Source of the DNA: Squalus acanthias
Lineage: Eukaryota
Reading direction: 5' to 3'
DNA length: 64,000 nucleotides
NCBI GenBank assembly: GCA_030390025.1
Contig: CM059425.1
Span: 162,504,001-162,568,000, forward strand
Shown here: piece after piece, positions 26,335-40,729 of the stretch
How the letters are laid out: the number at the start of each line of letters is the position of its first letter
How positions within the stretch are numbered: the first letter of the stretch is position 1
The notes under the pieces: generated by a model
What the model was told of the DNA's origin: nothing
Database searches by the model: none
The model's input: the letters and a program-made list of their open reading frames with translations, nothing else
Position numbers and translations under genes: made by a program

Positions 26335-28167
26335 TCTGGTTTAGGGAATGAGGTGAGTCAAGTGGAGCAAGTGTCAGTAGGTGAACATTTAGGGAACAGT
26401 GATCATTGTATCATAAGGTTTAGATTAGTTATGGAAAAGGACAGGGAGCAATCTAGAGTAAAAATACTTAATTTGAGTAAGGCCAATTTCAGTGGGATGA
26501 GAACAGATCTGACCCGGGTAATTGAAATTAAAGATTGGCAGGCAAAACTGTAATGGAACAATGGTTTGCCTTTAAAGAGGAAATAGTTCGGGTACAGTCG
26601 AGGTACATTCCCACTAGGGGGAAAGATAGAGCAACTAAAGTCAGAGCTCCCTAGATGACGAAGGAGATAGAGAGTAAGATGAAGCAGAAAAAGAGCACGT
26701 ATGAGAGATGTCAAGTCGAGAATACATCTGAGAATCAGGCTATATATAGAAAGGTCAGAGGAGAAATGAAAAAGAAAATAAGAGGGGCAAAGAGAGGGTA
26801 CGAGAATAGAATGGCAGCTAACATAAAAGGTAATCCAAAAGTCTTCTATAGGCATATAATTAGTAAAAGGGTAGTAAGAGGAGGGGTGGGGCCGATTAGG
26901 GACCAAAAAGGAGACCTACGCATGGAGGCAGAGGGTGTGGCTGAGGTACTAAACGAGTACTTTGCATCTGTCTTCACCAAGAAGATGCTGCCATAGACAT
27001 AGTGAAGGAGGAGGTAGAGGAGATACTGAATGGGATAAAAATTGATAAAGAGGAAGTACTAGAAAGGCTGGCTGTACTTATAGTAGATAAGTCACCAAGA
27101 CCAGATGGGATGCATTCTACGACGCTGAGGGAAGTGAAGGAAGAAATCGCGGAGGTACTGGCCATAATCTTCCAATCCTCCTTAGAAACGGGGGTGGTGC
27201 CAGAGGACTGGAGAATTGCAAATGTTACAACCTTGTTCAAAAAAGGGTGTAAAGATAAACCCAGCAACTACAGGCCAGTCAGTTTAACCTCAGTAGTGGG
27301 GAAGCTTTTAGAAACAATAATCAGGGACAAAATTAACAGTCACTTGGACAAGTGTGGATTAATTAAGGAAAGCCAGCACGGATTTGTTAAAGGCAAATCG
27401 TGTTTAACCAACTTGATCGAGTTTTTTGATGAGGTAACAGAGCGGGTTGATGAGGGCAATGCAGGTTGACGTGGTGTACATGGATTTCCAAAAGGCATTC
27501 GACAAAGTGCCACATAATAGGCTTGCTAGCAAAGTTGAAGCCCATGGAATAAATGGCATAGTGGCAGCATGGATATGAAATTGGCTAGCTGACAGGAAAC
27601 AGAGAGTAGTGGTCATCTGGAGTATTGTGTCCAATTCTGGGCACCGCACTTTAGGAAGGATGTGAAGGCCTTAGAGAGGGTGCAGAAATGATATACGACA
27701 ATGATTCCAGGGATGAGGGACTTCAGTTATGTGGATAGACTGGAGAAGCTGGGGTTGTTCTCCTTAGGGCAGAGAAGATTGAGAGGAGATTTGATACAGG
27801 TGTTCAAAATCATGAGGGGTCCGGACAGAGTAGATAGAGAGAAACTGTTCCCATTGGCAGAAGGGTCGAGAACCAGTAGGCACAGATTTAAGGTGATTGG
27901 TAGAAGAAGCAAAGGCGATAAGAGGAAAAACTTTTTTACTCAGCGAGTGGTTAGGATCGGAATGCACTGCCTGAAAGGGTGGTGGAGGCAGACTCAATTA
28001 CAGCTTTCAAAAGGGAATTGGATAAGTACCTGAAGGAAAAAAAATTGAAGGGCTACGGGGAAAGAGCTGGGGAGTGGGACTAGCTGAAGTGCTCTTGCAG
28101 AGAGCCGGCACGGGCTCGACAGGCCGAATGGCCTTCTTCCATGCTGTAACCATTCTATGATTCTATG
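26335..28167 (+). mobile_element. CR1 LINE (endonuclease end, linker, RT with an internal deletion near 27613, 3' tail)
   Basis: LGNSDHCII, NPKVFY, KSPRPDGMH, NYRPVSLTS, QHGFVKGKSCLTNL; tail (ATTCTATG)n at 28152-28167. Confidence 0.93.
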
Positions 28168-28744
28168 TGCTGCATGGAAGTCACTTGAATTTGGGCGTCA
28201 AGCCTCATTTGATTAATATAGGCAAGGTGCCAGCGCCTATCGCAGCTCGCATGAAGTGGGAGATGAAATTTTGCCCTGCTGCCTTTCCGGCAGAGGCCCT
28301 CAGGCAAGTCCTGGGATAGGAGGGCGAGGGAGAGGATGGGGGAAGTAAAACCAGAGGGAGACTATATCGAACTGGCAGTGGCCCTCAGGAGCTGGGTGAT
28401 GCTGATCCATAGGAAGGAATGTAAACAAAGAAAATACTTACTTTTTGGTGGTGGCAGCTCCTCAGATCCCACTTAAAATGCCACTGGGGTACTATTGACA
28501 TAATAGGACCCCAATTAACATTGATACATGAGGCTCCTGTCTGAGTCAAATGGGCGCCTCATCCTACACCAAAACCAACGGTGTTAAAAGTCGGAAATTG
28601 ACGGGAGCGGAACGGAAATGGAGCTGCTCCATTTTAACTGCTAGTCCACTCAATTCCCACCCACCACCCAGTGGGTAAGAGTTCAAATTCTCCCCATGGT
28701 ATATTATGTTTCAGAAAAACTGTCCCTTCCTTATCGAACACAAG

Positions 28745-29589
28745 GAGGGTGATTTTGCCAATGGGGGCGAGATGGAGGCGGGACTGCTGCTTGTCGTGTT
28801 TCAGTCCCGCCTCCATCAACGTCTGGCCAACCCACGCTATTTTCCCTTGATTGACCTTGTTAAGCCTGCCCAGTGGGCTTAGCAGGCCAATTAAGGGAAA
28901 GCCGGTGACAGAGAACGTCAGCGTATGACGTTTCATCTGTCAAATATTTTTGACAGATGGATTGTCATCGTTTGACAGCTTTGAGAAGCTGTCAAACACT
29001 GACATTCTCTGTTGTTTGGTGAGTTCTTGTACTCAAGGCTCACCAAACCTCTTTCCTGAGCAGAAAGCAGATGGCTGTTGCATCGGAGAATGCAGCAGCC
29101 ATTCTGTCATCTCTGACGTGGAGATGCCGGAGCCTCCCGATCCCCAACGATTGAAGCCTGCAGGAAGAAACAAAGGTAAGGAAACTTTTTCTAAGACTTT
29201 TCACTCACCTTACATACTTACCTCTCCACACTTGCACCCATCACTCACCTCCACAGCGCACTTTGGACCCCTCTCACCCCCACAGACCCACTGCTCACCT
29301 CACTGACCCTGGCGGGGTTTCCCGACGTCGGGAAGCCTGCACTTCTGTTGGAAAAATGGGGATAATCCTCTTAACTGCCTGTTAACTACCTGTTAACAGG
29401 CAGTTAAGTGGCTGTAATCCCCTTCCCGCCTCGAGGAGACGGGACCCGGCGCTTGTCGGGTACCCGTCTCCTGGGAAGATGGCACGGAGGCGGGTTGGGG
29501 GGCGGGATGGGTACCCGCCCCCAGATTCTGCCATTTTCCCGGCAGTCCCGTCTCCAAACCTGCCTCCCCGGACTGGCAAAATCGCCCCC
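28745..29589. mobile_element. Harbinger-type MITE related in its termini to 55506-59546
   Basis: TIRs GAGGGTGATTTTGCCA / GGGGGCGATTTTGCCA (14 of 16 match). Confidence 0.8.
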
Positions 29590-32209
29590 ATTATCTTCCA
29601 GTGAAATTCTCACTTTCCATTATGTGATACAAAGTCGCAGAGAAAACTAGGTGCTACTCCAACAGTAAGGGAAAAATCAACAGAAATAACAGAAGCTATA
29701 TAAACTTGAACTAGAAAACTCAGCCAAAAGGAAATCAAACTAGACATTTATGTCAAGAGACAAGCTATGATACACTTATACCCTTTCTGACATTTCTGTG
29801 GTGCAGCTCTCATGTAAGATATGGCATAAAGTTTGAGTGCCATGGTTAGAGTTGTCTGTGGAGATGAACTTGGCTGCAGATCTTAATGCAGAAGTTGGCA
29901 TTACAATGCACCTCACAAAGGTATTCATAAGATTTGTAAATTCTTTGGGAGGTGGGGGTAATATCTTGTATGGTGCATCCTCCTCAAATGCTGCCCCACC
30001 CTCCAATCCCCCATCCTGTACTGCTCCTCCTCCTCTAGTAAAATTACCAGCAGAGACTAGCCCATTGGAAATCCTACACTGTAACTCAGAACCTATTACT
30101 TTGTGGGGGTGGAAATTTTTCCCAGTGGTCTCCGAGGCCCTCAGGCTGTCAAAGGCCAGATCAGCTCCAACCAGGTGAAAAAGCAAAAAAAAAAAATAAA
30201 CGCTCCAAAAACTTTTTGTAACTCCAGCAATTACTCCTCAAAGTTTCTTCAGGCTCCAAAGTAAAGTACTTCTGTCACTATCAGGTGAAACTGACAACAG
30301 GTATACATACGCATTGTTTAACTCATTACCCTTGATGTATTAGGGGTGCAAGTCACAGGCTAATCCTCATTGTAATATATATTAATGAGCTCCCAGTAGC
30401 ATCAGTGAGTGTACACATGGGGCCCCCAAACTGCAATGGAAACATTAGAGCAGCCACTGTAGGGTGGGAACCCAGTAGAAATATGTCCCGCTCCAGAATA
30501 CACTCCAAAACTGCTGGTATGCCTAAATTACGCCTATAATTCATTACAAAGTGTGTGTAAATTCAAACTATAACAGAGCCAGGGTGAAAAGAACAACTGA
30601 ATCTTTGAAATCTGAGATAAAAAATTGAAAAATGCTGCAAATCCACAGCAGCTCGCTCAGCACGTGAAAGAGACGGATGAATGCTTTTGTGGGACAATTC
30701 AACAGAACGCACCTCAAATATTAAGTTAACAGATTGCTGACTTAGTAATCAAGCCCCCAGACTGCTCTTCCCCACCTCGCACCAAATTTGTGCCATCAGA
30801 ATACAGCAAAAAAATCAACCAGTGTATCATTAGATGGCTGATCAGAATTGACTCAATCACCGGTGTTCAGTCACACTACCACATAAAGCAGACAGACTTC
30901 TGCCCATCACCCCGTCATACTGGAGGTGTTCACTCCATTAAAAAGTAATTGATAACAAATGAAACAAATATCCTTCCAAAGGAATTAGGAACACAACACA
31001 AAGTTGTAATTGTTGTGGAACTAGTAAACTCACAAGCAATTGAAGAAAAAAGAACACCTCCATAAGCTCAGAAATCAGTTCAATGATCTTTCAAACTTTT
31101 CTTTTTCTTTCCCTCAAAAGACTGCAAAGCTATTTTATTACTTTTATTATTTATTTTCCTATGAGGAGGGAGATAATCCCCCAAATCCCATTATGTGTTC
31201 TTAAAGAGTTAATAATAAAAGCAAGCAAAGCATACTGTGAATTTAAAGATTACCCCAAACATCGAATAAGTATACTCCCCTGTGTGGCAGGACCTGTTCC
31301 TTTATGTGCTCAGTAAGCAGAAGCAAGACTTTTTCAATAATCCACGACTTATTAATTTGAACAGACCAGAGATTGTAAATGTAAAACTAATCATCATTGC
31401 TTACTGGAGTACTTTGACATTTTTGTCTTGAAGTCTCATTAATTTCATGGCATACAAAAATGTAAGGGAAATGTTAACTGATCAATACTCTGCCTCTCTC
31501 ACGTAGCACTACAGTTCAAATCCCAGTGGGCCTTCAGACCAGAAATTAACTGTGTAAAATATCAAATGTAAATGCTGATACAGTGTCACACAGATGAGAA
31601 TACAACCTGCAAAGTCTCATTTAATGCAGACAAAAAATGCTGGCGCAGCAAATTACCTGCAATCCCATAAAAAAGGTTAAAAGTTGATCCTTTAAAATGA
31701 TGTATTGACTTCTGCGTGTGAACTTCTGCTTAAAAAGTTTACAGCTCTTCTATTTACCAGACATTTAAGGTGATGGATAATTGAAGAGGCAGCATATCTG
31801 CTGATTAGCCTATTCTGGAGTCTTACTGTTTTTATTAAATGTCACAACATCCTCGAGGTAGGCAGATGTTGCTGTGCCTCAGCACCCCTCTTGCACCTTA
31901 ACATCTGGAATTAAGTTTTGGCACCGGGGGTTATTCTGAATGTAACAACCTTCACTTTGCCTGTCAGTGTGTGTACAATGAGTTTGGTTGGCTTTCAGTG
32001 GAGTAGACGGGGTGAGGGGAAAAAGGTGGCTTCTCATCATGCAGGAGTACAAAGCATTGTGGCCAAGTCTTCCCAGTTTTCAGTGCTTCTCACTAGCCTG
32101 TCCATCTAGATGGCGGTGCAAATGCAAGATGACCATTTTGGGCTTGTGGCTTCCAAATGTAACTTTTTTCTCAGGAAATGGTAAAAAGAGTATTGTAGTT
32201 TTGTTACTG

Positions 32210-32415
32210 ATTGACTGCTCAGTTGTGCCGATGTGTTTTGTGCAGCATATCTATCTTTGGTATGAATGCAGCATTGCGCATTAGCTTTGGTCAGTTTATC
32301 AACTGGTTCCAGTTATACCAAGAAATGGGAACACATTGGATAGTTTATGCTATCCAGATCTGCAAAAATGAATTGAGTTTCCAATGTAAGCCCCCAGGGT
32401 TAAATCTTTCTGGTG
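32210..32415. repeat. Diverged 206-bp direct repeat, copy 1 (copy 2 at 34827-35032)
   Basis: Shared blocks such as GCTTTGGTCAGTTTATCAAC, AATGGGAACACATTGGATAGTTTAT and CCCAGGGTTAAATC. Confidence 0.9.
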
Positions 32416-32529
32416 AGAATTTTAACCGTAATAGGAACTCGGTTTGCATTAATTCCGAAGGCTCCTGCCTGCTTCTGACATGCGCCTCACCATCTAACGT
32501 CAGTGAGTAGTTAAAAACGGCAGCAATTA

Positions 32530-33848
32530 GAAACCAAAAATATAATAATGAATAGTCAGCATAGATTTCAAAAGGGAAAGTCTTGCTTGACCAACCTTAT
32601 TGAAATTTTTGAAGAGGTAACAGAGCGTGCAGACAAGGGTAATGTAGTAGATGTAATTTATCTAGATTTTCAAAAGGCCTTCGATAAGGTACCACATAAT
32701 AGACTAATGAATAAGGTCAGAGAATGCGGAGTCTGGGGACAAGTAGCAGAATGGATAGCTAGCTGGCTTCAAGACAGAAAGCAGAGGGTAGGGGTAAACG
32801 ATAGCTATTCAGAGTGGCAGAAGGCGGGAAGTGGTGTTCCACAAGGATCAGTGCTGGGACCACTGTTGTTCACAATTTATATTAACGATTTAGACTTTGG
32901 AATCAAAAATGAAATTTCTAAATTTGCGGATGACACAAAATTGGGGGGGGTGGGTGGATAGTCAATACTGAGGAGGACTGTAACAAATTACAGGAAGACA
33001 TTAATAAACTTGCAGAATGGGCATTTAGCACTGATAAATGTGAGTTATTATATTTTGGTAAGAAAAATAGGGAGGTCGCATATTACTTGGAAACTACAAA
33101 TCTAAATGGGGTAGAAGAGAAAAGGAATCTCGGAGTACAAATACACAAATCACTAAAAGTAGCGACACAGGTCAACAAGACCATAAAAAAAAGCAAACCA
33201 AGCACTAGGGTTTATTTCTAGAGGGATAAAATTAATAAGTAGTGAAGTTATGCTAAACTTGTATCGAACCTTGGTTAGACCACACTTGGAGTACTGCGTA
33301 CAATTCTGGTCGCCATATTATAAAAAGGATACAGAGGCACTGGAGAGTGTGCAAAATAGATCTACAAGGATGATAGCAGAAATGCGAGGGTATACCTATC
33401 AGGAAAGGATGAACAGGCTGGGTCTCTTTTCTCTTGAAAAGAGAAGGCTGAGGGGTGACCTAATAGAGGTCTTTAAAATTATGAAAGGTTTTGATAGAGT
33501 AGATACAGAGAGAGTGTTTCCACTTGTGGGGAAGAGCAAAACTAGAGGCCATCAGTATAAGATAGTCACCAAGAAATCAAATAGGGAATTCAGAAGAAAC
33601 TTCTTTACCCAGAGAGTGGTGAGAATGTGGAACTCGCTACCACAGGGAGTGGTTGAAGTGAATAGTATAGATGCATTTAAGGGGAGGCTAGACAAGCATA
33701 TGAGGGAGAAGGGAATAGCGGGTTATGCTGATAGAGTTAGATGAGGAAAGACTGGAGGAGGCTCGAGTGGAGCATAAACGTCAGCATGGACTGGTTGGGC
33801 CGAATGGCCTGTTTCTGTGCTGTATCTCCTATGTAATCCTATGTAATC
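32530..33848 (+). mobile_element. 5'-truncated CR1 LINE
   Basis: [45 protein letters not shown]; tail (CCTATGTAAT)n. Confidence 0.95.
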
Positions 33849-34826
33849 AATTGGGATCCAATGGGAATGGGGCAGTAAGGAAAAACGCTCCACTTTAAAG
33901 ACCCCCTTATCCATTCTTGCCAGGTGAGGTGGGTTAAAACTGACCCCAAGTGTGTACACGTTCTCTTTCGTTCTGTCTGTTAGTATCTACAAAAGAAGTA
34001 CAGTACTAACAATTAATTTACTGTAGAAACACTCTGATACAACCTTACAAATACACCTGACCACATAAAAGTTGTCCTATCTGAAAATGCAGTAGCATGA
34101 ATGAAGTAACCATTGCTAACACGCGTGCAGTCATTACTCTGTGTTCATAAGCTGTGAATTATTTGGATGACTGTGCTTTTCCGTTTCTGTCAATATGTTT
34201 TGTGCCAAAACAAATATGGAGTGAAAAGCTGCTACTGAATCTTGGACTACTGTTTGGTTAGTGTGTTTGATTAATGCTTGGCTGCCTTATGTAAGAATAA
34301 TGACGATTAAAACTGTTGTAACCAGCTAAAATGCATGACCAATCTGCTGAAATGTGCAGCCTCAGATCTGTGCTTGTTTGGCTTTCATAATCCATCCTTG
34401 CAAAATAACCTTCAAAGCAGAAAAACAGAATCATGTTTGGGGATCATTCAGATTGTCGCAAACCTACAAATATAATAGGAAGGGGAGGTGCATTTTTAAC
34501 TTGACGTTGGAACCAAAACTAGACAACCAAGAAAAACATAATACAGCTCAAATTTTTTAATGGAGGACAAGAGAATAGAGGGATCTGGGGACAGGGTGGG
34601 AAGAGGTAATTAGAATGGGAGGAGGCTCGTGTGGAGTAATAACTTCAGAATAGACCAGTGGGGCCAAATGGCCGGTTTCTATCCTGTAGGTTCTATGTAT
34701 TGGATTTTTGTCTATGTAAACAAATCTGAATATATCATTCTGAAAGAAGGGGTAGGTTAGTCCATCATTAGTGGAAAATGATCTGCTAAATGTTTGTTAC
34801 CATGATTCTTTGCAAAGTCTCCTGTT

Positions 34827-35032
34827 ATTGACTGCTCAGTGGTGCCGATATGTTTTGTGGAACAATGCATATCTTTGATATGAAGCAGAATAATGCATTG
34901 GCTTTGGTCAGTTTATCAACCGGTTCCAGTTATACCAAGGAATGGGAACACATTGGATAGTTTATACCATCCAGATCTGCGAAAATGAATCGAGTCTCCA
35001 CTGTAAACTCCCAGGGTTAAATCATTCTGGTG
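34827..35032. repeat. Diverged 206-bp direct repeat, copy 2
   Basis: See 32210-32415. Confidence 0.9.
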
Positions 35033-36269
35033 GGCGATCTTGCCTATAGATCCTGCTGCTGCATGATTCAATTTGTGCACACGGACACAGGCTTAACCCT
35101 CTCCTGTCTGCTGGACTGTGAAGCTCTTCCAGCTGGAGCACAATATAGTGGAACAACTCCAGATAAACAGTACACAAGGGGCTTGTTATATTAAAGATAC
35201 AGTATGAAGTAGGACCAATAATGAATGAGTAAACCCCCCAACTGCAATTAATTCTGTAAACAGAGCTCTTCAATAAACTTGAAATTTGTGACATCAATCT
35301 GTAAAGAAAATCTGTAAGAAAATGATTTTGTGTGAAGCACATTGAGCCAGTTCAACATGACAAGTGATACAAAATTGTAAGTATTTCTTTCTTTATATGT
35401 CTTGATAAATAAAAATATAAGTTCTATGTATAGATACGAGAATACCACAAGATTCTGGTAAAAAGAATCAATCTCAGGCTTCAGGTGATGTTGATAAATC
35501 ACTATGCTTAGTTTATGATCCATCTGAACCCATGTAATACCTGATTGTAACACACTTCAGTCTACATATTAACCTACACTTAGTGATCTTTAACTCTGGG
35601 ACATTAAGGTACAGCCAGGCTATCTGTGTCTTCCATGGGTATTTAACTGGCATCACCAAACTAACTATGTTCAATGCATTTGACCAATCATTTGGTCACT
35701 TCTTCTAATATCTCCTTCTTTGCCTCAGCATCCATTTTTGTCTGATTGCGTTCCTGTGAAGCACCTTGGGACGTTTATCTATGTTAAAGGCACTACATTA
35801 ATTCAAGCTGATGTTTTTGTTGCATAAGTCCTATTCTGGAAGTGGCACTTGTAGACTAATTATGCATGTCATTCTCAGGCAAGTATAACTACAGTATTTA
35901 TGTTCTTTACAGCATTCAGCAAAATATCACAACTGTTAATGAAAAAATATAGGGAACTAATAATAATTAGTTATTATAGGAAAATAGGAGTATTCTTCAA
36001 GAAAAGTCTGATTCTGATCTCAGAAAATAGTCCAGAAATTCTGGGGTGGCCATTTGATTAGATGTAGGTCAGGGCATAAATTCCACCTGTCCTATGGATA
36101 TTCCCCAGAATTCCAAATTCTAGGGTTAGGGTATTTACATATTTTAGGCAAGTGCCCGTGCCATTTACAATGCCAATGGGGTGCCAGCCTCATAGAGGCA
36201 GGACAGATTTCGCTGCAATGCCTTGCCACAGAGCTGGTGGGCCTGCAGCCACAGCCCAACAGTCTTAAA

Positions 36270-39200
36270 GAATATTTTGCTTTGGCCGTTTGACAAATTT
36301 ATTAGTTTTCTTTTGAAAAAGTGATTGATTAAATAGATGAAGGGAGTGCAGTAGATGTGGTTCATATGCCCTTTCAGAAGGTGTTTGATAAAGTGTGTCA
36401 GAGCAAACCTGTACAAAAGAAGCAGCCATAGGGATAACTGGAAATGGATAGAAAGTGGGTTGCTGGACAGGAAGCAAAAATTTAAGGTTAATAGGTGTTG
36501 CTTGTACAAGAGAAAGGGTTTAGTAAACAGCAAGGAGCGCTAGAAAAGACTTCAGGAGGACATAAACTGGTTAATGGAATGGGTAGATAGGTGACAGATG
36601 CAATTTAATGCAGAAAAGTGTGAGGTGAATCATGTTGGGAGCAAAAACAAGAAATAGGAGTACATACTTGATAGAAAGTTATAGGAATAGAGTCCTAGGA
36701 GCTCAAATACATAGGAGGTGAAATTGGATTAGGCCCGCGCCCATTGGAAGGAGTGCAGGCAGGACATAAACTTTGTGCTGCCTGCTGCATTGCATGATAG
36801 CAGCATACAGCCCAGTGCTGAGCATGCTGCTGACTGGCTATGTGCTCAGCAGGGAGCCGAAGTTTGCGATGTTCGCATGAAGTTAGCTTTATTTAAAGCA
36901 AGCCTGTGCCTCTTAAAGGCAGTCTGCACCTCTTAAAGGGGAGCTGGCTTCTGGTTATCAAAATTTTAAAACTGCTTCACCACAAACCAAAACGCTGAAC
37001 AGGCCAGGGAAAGGGCACCCAGGGTCTCAGATGCAGCACTCGAGGCCTTTGTGCAGGGGGTGAACACTTGAAGAGAGGTCCTTTACCCACAGGGGGGCCA
37101 GGAGGCCCTCCAGAAACACTGCAAGAAGGATGTGGGACCAGGTCACTAAGTGTCGCCCCCAGGACGTGACTCGAGTACTGAAAGACGTTTAATGACCTCA
37201 GTCGAGTGGTTAAGGTCAGTGAATGCATCTTCAAAAGCCGTCTCCTACCAACTGCACCACTAGCTCAATGCATCATGCCCCCATCACTCACCTACCAACA
37301 ATCTCTACCAAACACGACTCACACCTCACATTTATAGTTTCACCTCACCATCACACACTTACCAGTGCTGCAAACCTCACACCCACATCTCAGAGCTTGA
37401 ACACACTGTCATTCAACCCTGACAGTCACATCACCCAAACACATTGCACCACACTCACTAACACACTTCCCTTTCTCTTGAAGGAAAAGGTGGTGCATAG
37501 CCGGCGCCAGCAGCACTTAACCGGTGGGGGACAGGCTCGCCTCCATGACCTCACCCCCATGGAGGAGATGGTGCTGGCCATTCTTGACAGGGGCATGGCT
37601 GAGTCCATGGTCAGTGGCAGGGCTGAAAGAATACAAGATACTGGTATCCTCATATGTTATCCTCCTTCTCACATCCCACTTCCCCGTCATCCCACAATCT
37701 CTTCTGATTTACAAGCTGCATATGGTGTAAGCATGCACCTCTTGCTTCCCCTCAACTTGCATAGGGCTTTGGGCAGAGCTTGGAGCCTTTCCTTTCCAGC
37801 GTGGAATGGGTGGGCAGATGCATTAACGCATTTGTGGACCCAACCATCATGCCGCATCTGATAGCCGAAGTCTCCGCTTCCATTGCAGCACAAACAGAAG
37901 CCACCCAACGTCTGAGTGAGCAATGGAAGCTCAGACTGAGGTCATGCAAGCTCAGCTTGCTGCCTCGCAAGCACAAACTGCTGCCATCATGGCTGGGTTT
38001 ACCAGTGTTGAAGAGGCTTGCAGGGTTTCACAGCAGTCCAGCAGTCTGTACTCCAGCACATTACTAGGATTGCTGTGGTGCTGCCCCGGGGGAGTGGCAA
38101 TGGATCTGTGGATGACAACCCTGCTGTCCTCTCTCAGGACGACAGCATTCATACTCCCACCACTGCCACTCTGCCAGTGCCCTTGCTGTTGCCTGTTAGC
38201 CAGCCAAGCCAGACTGCTGCTGCCCATGCCAAGGTAGTGCAGTCCGAAGCCAGGTCTAATAGGCCCAGAGCTCCTCGAGGTCATCCTGCAAGGCCATCTG
38301 CAGTTTCCCCCACTGAAAGTCAACAGCCTTCCACCAGCCAGGCTGCAACCACTGGGGTAGCACTGCGTAGAAGCACTAGGATAGGCAAAGGGGCACGGAA
38401 GACAGTCAAAAGGGTGATTAGTTGATTTTTTAGATGTAATATTGGATGGATAGATGTATAAAGTTGGATTGGATTGTTTGCTTTGTGGTGGCTTTTATTT
38501 CAGCATTGTGGCTAAGATGGAGTGGGACAAATGTTGAATGGGGAATTGGGGTTGCGTTCACTGGTACCGCAGGCAGATGATTCGATCCCGGATATCCTGG
38601 CCAGAAAAGGGCTGTCTGGGTTGCCTCCTTCCTTTCTGCTTCCTCCTCCTCCTCTTCAGCTTCCTCTTCTTCCTGCTTCCTCCTCTTCTGCTTCTTCCTC
38701 TTCCTCCTCCTTCTCTTCCTCCTGCTCCTGAGCTAGTGTCTGTATCCCTGTGCCCTCATGATAGCCAGCTTGTGGAGCATGCAGCAGACCACCATGAATC
38801 GGGACACACGCTCTGGTGAGTACTGTAGGGGTCCTGGAGAGTGGTCAGGAAGTGGAACAATTGCTTCAGCACCCCAATGGTTTGCTCTATTATGTTTCAT
38901 GTGGTAGCATGGCTCTAATTGTACGCGTGCTGGCCACGTGTGGTTGGGTTGCAGGGCGGAGTCATGAGCCAGGTGGTCAAGGGATAGCCCTTGTCGCCCA
39001 ACAGCCAGCCTCTGGTTTGAGGTGGTGGCTCAAAGACTGAGGGAACAGCGGACTGGCACAGAATAAAAGCATCATAACTGTTGCCAGGATACTGTGCATT
39101 CACCATCATGATGTGCTGAGCATGGTCGCACACCAACTGCACATTCAGCGAGTGGAAACCTTTGCGGTTGCGTTACATCTCAGCATTTAGAAGCGGTGTC

Positions 39201-40510
39201 CGCAAAGCTATGTGCATGCAGTCAATGGTGCCCTGCACCATGGGGAAGTCTGCTATCCTGGCAAAGCCACGTGCTCGCTCCTCCTGTTTCTCTCTGGTTA
39301 GAGAGAAGACAATGAAGTCCCCTCTCCTAGCATACAAAGCCTCTGTGACCTCGCAGATGCAGCGATGTACGGCGAACTGCGGGATGTTAGCTGTGTCGCC
39401 TGTTCCAGCCTGGAAGGATCCGCTGGTGAAGAAATAGAGGGCCATGGTCACCTTGAGGGCCACTGGCAGAGCTGCTCTGAGGCTCCAGGTCTGGTTGCAG
39501 GAGGTGTCAACGTTCTGTGACCACCTCTTTTGTGAAGCGGAGCCGCCGAACACACTGCTCCTGGCTTAGGTGCAGGTAGACGTGCTCCCTGAAGACCCTA
39601 GGTGGGTAAGGCCTCCTGCTGAGAGCCTTCCTCTACTCCTCCCTCTGTGAGCAGCTTGTCCCCTTTGCTGCATCTTCTCCATCTCCATGTCATGCTGCAG
39701 CCCAAGGGGGACTGCAACTAAAGCACCCATGACTGGGAGCAAGTGGTGTTCTCAGAGGCTGTCCTCTCAAGAGCCAACACCTTGCAAACATCCTGCAGCA
39801 CTCCCTGCACACTTTAACAACTTTTTAAATGTCTTACACCAAGCCACTACTCAAATAAACTGTACAGGAACCAGTACAAAAGGAAAAAGCAACTTATCTC
39901 AAAGTTGCTTGTGTCCCTTTAAGTAGCACCGGTGGGGGTTCCATCATGCAGCTGTTCAGCTGTGCATGCTTAACCAAGGGCATACAGTGGAGCGCGCGCC
40001 CAAAACAGCAAATGCCTCATTTGCATTCTTCCGCCGCACGCAGGCAACGGCTGCGCTACCGACCTGCCTAAATTGGTGTCCGCCGCAACCCACGCCGGAA
40101 GCTCACGGAAGCGATGCAGCCGCCATTTTTTTGCCAAAACCGGCCTTAAATGTCACCGCTAAGATGCCGAATCTCGCAACCTTTATTCCTTTAAAGTGGA
40201 AGTCTGGTTAAGTAAAGCCATAAAAAAGATCAGTAACATTTTAAGTTTTATAAATATGAGCATAGAGTACAAGTGCAAAGGGATAATGATAAATTTGTAC
40301 AAGGCTCGGGCTAAGCTGCAGTTACAGGACTGCATGCAGTTTCGGCATTCCATTATAAAAACAACATTAAAGCTAGAGAGACCACACAGTGTAGATTCAC
40401 CAGGAGAATACCAGGGACTAGAAACTAGAATTATGAGGAGACAATTATGACAATGGGATGATTTCCACTAAAGCAGAGAAGGCTAAGGTGAGATATAACA
40501 GAGGTTTTTT
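36270..40510 (+). mobile_element. Old CR1 fragment (36270-36713 and 40182-40510) split by a Harbinger
   Basis: Degenerate RT motifs on both sides are colinear with 32590-33480. Confidence 0.7.
36714..40181 (+). mobile_element. Degraded PIF/Harbinger transposon of a second subfamily (Myb gene on + at ~36990-38420, transposase on - at ~38560-39730)
   Basis: EKVVHSRRQQHLTGGGQARLHDLTPMEE (Myb exon 2); [50 protein letters not shown]; termini GGAGGTGAAATTGG / GGTTGCGAGATTCGG. Confidence 0.88.
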
Positions 40511-40729
40511 AAAAGATTTTGCACCTTCGAATGAAAAGGGTGAGCATTGATCATGCACGGATGGTGTTTTTGGGCCTTTTTTAAATATGCTTGTATGTTT
40601 GTAAGGAAGGAAAACTCTCAGTTCCTAACGAGCATGAGTATCACACATTCCTATCTTGCTAAAATTACATTTTACGCCACAAGTTTAGAAAGTACTGTTT
40701 CAGTACTTCTCCCTATGACCGAGTTCAGT

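Noticed and set aside
32211..32510. IVYAIQIC resembling MCTP1 KIYAIQEVC
   Set aside because: Wrong strand, no extended similarity and no matching splice sites.
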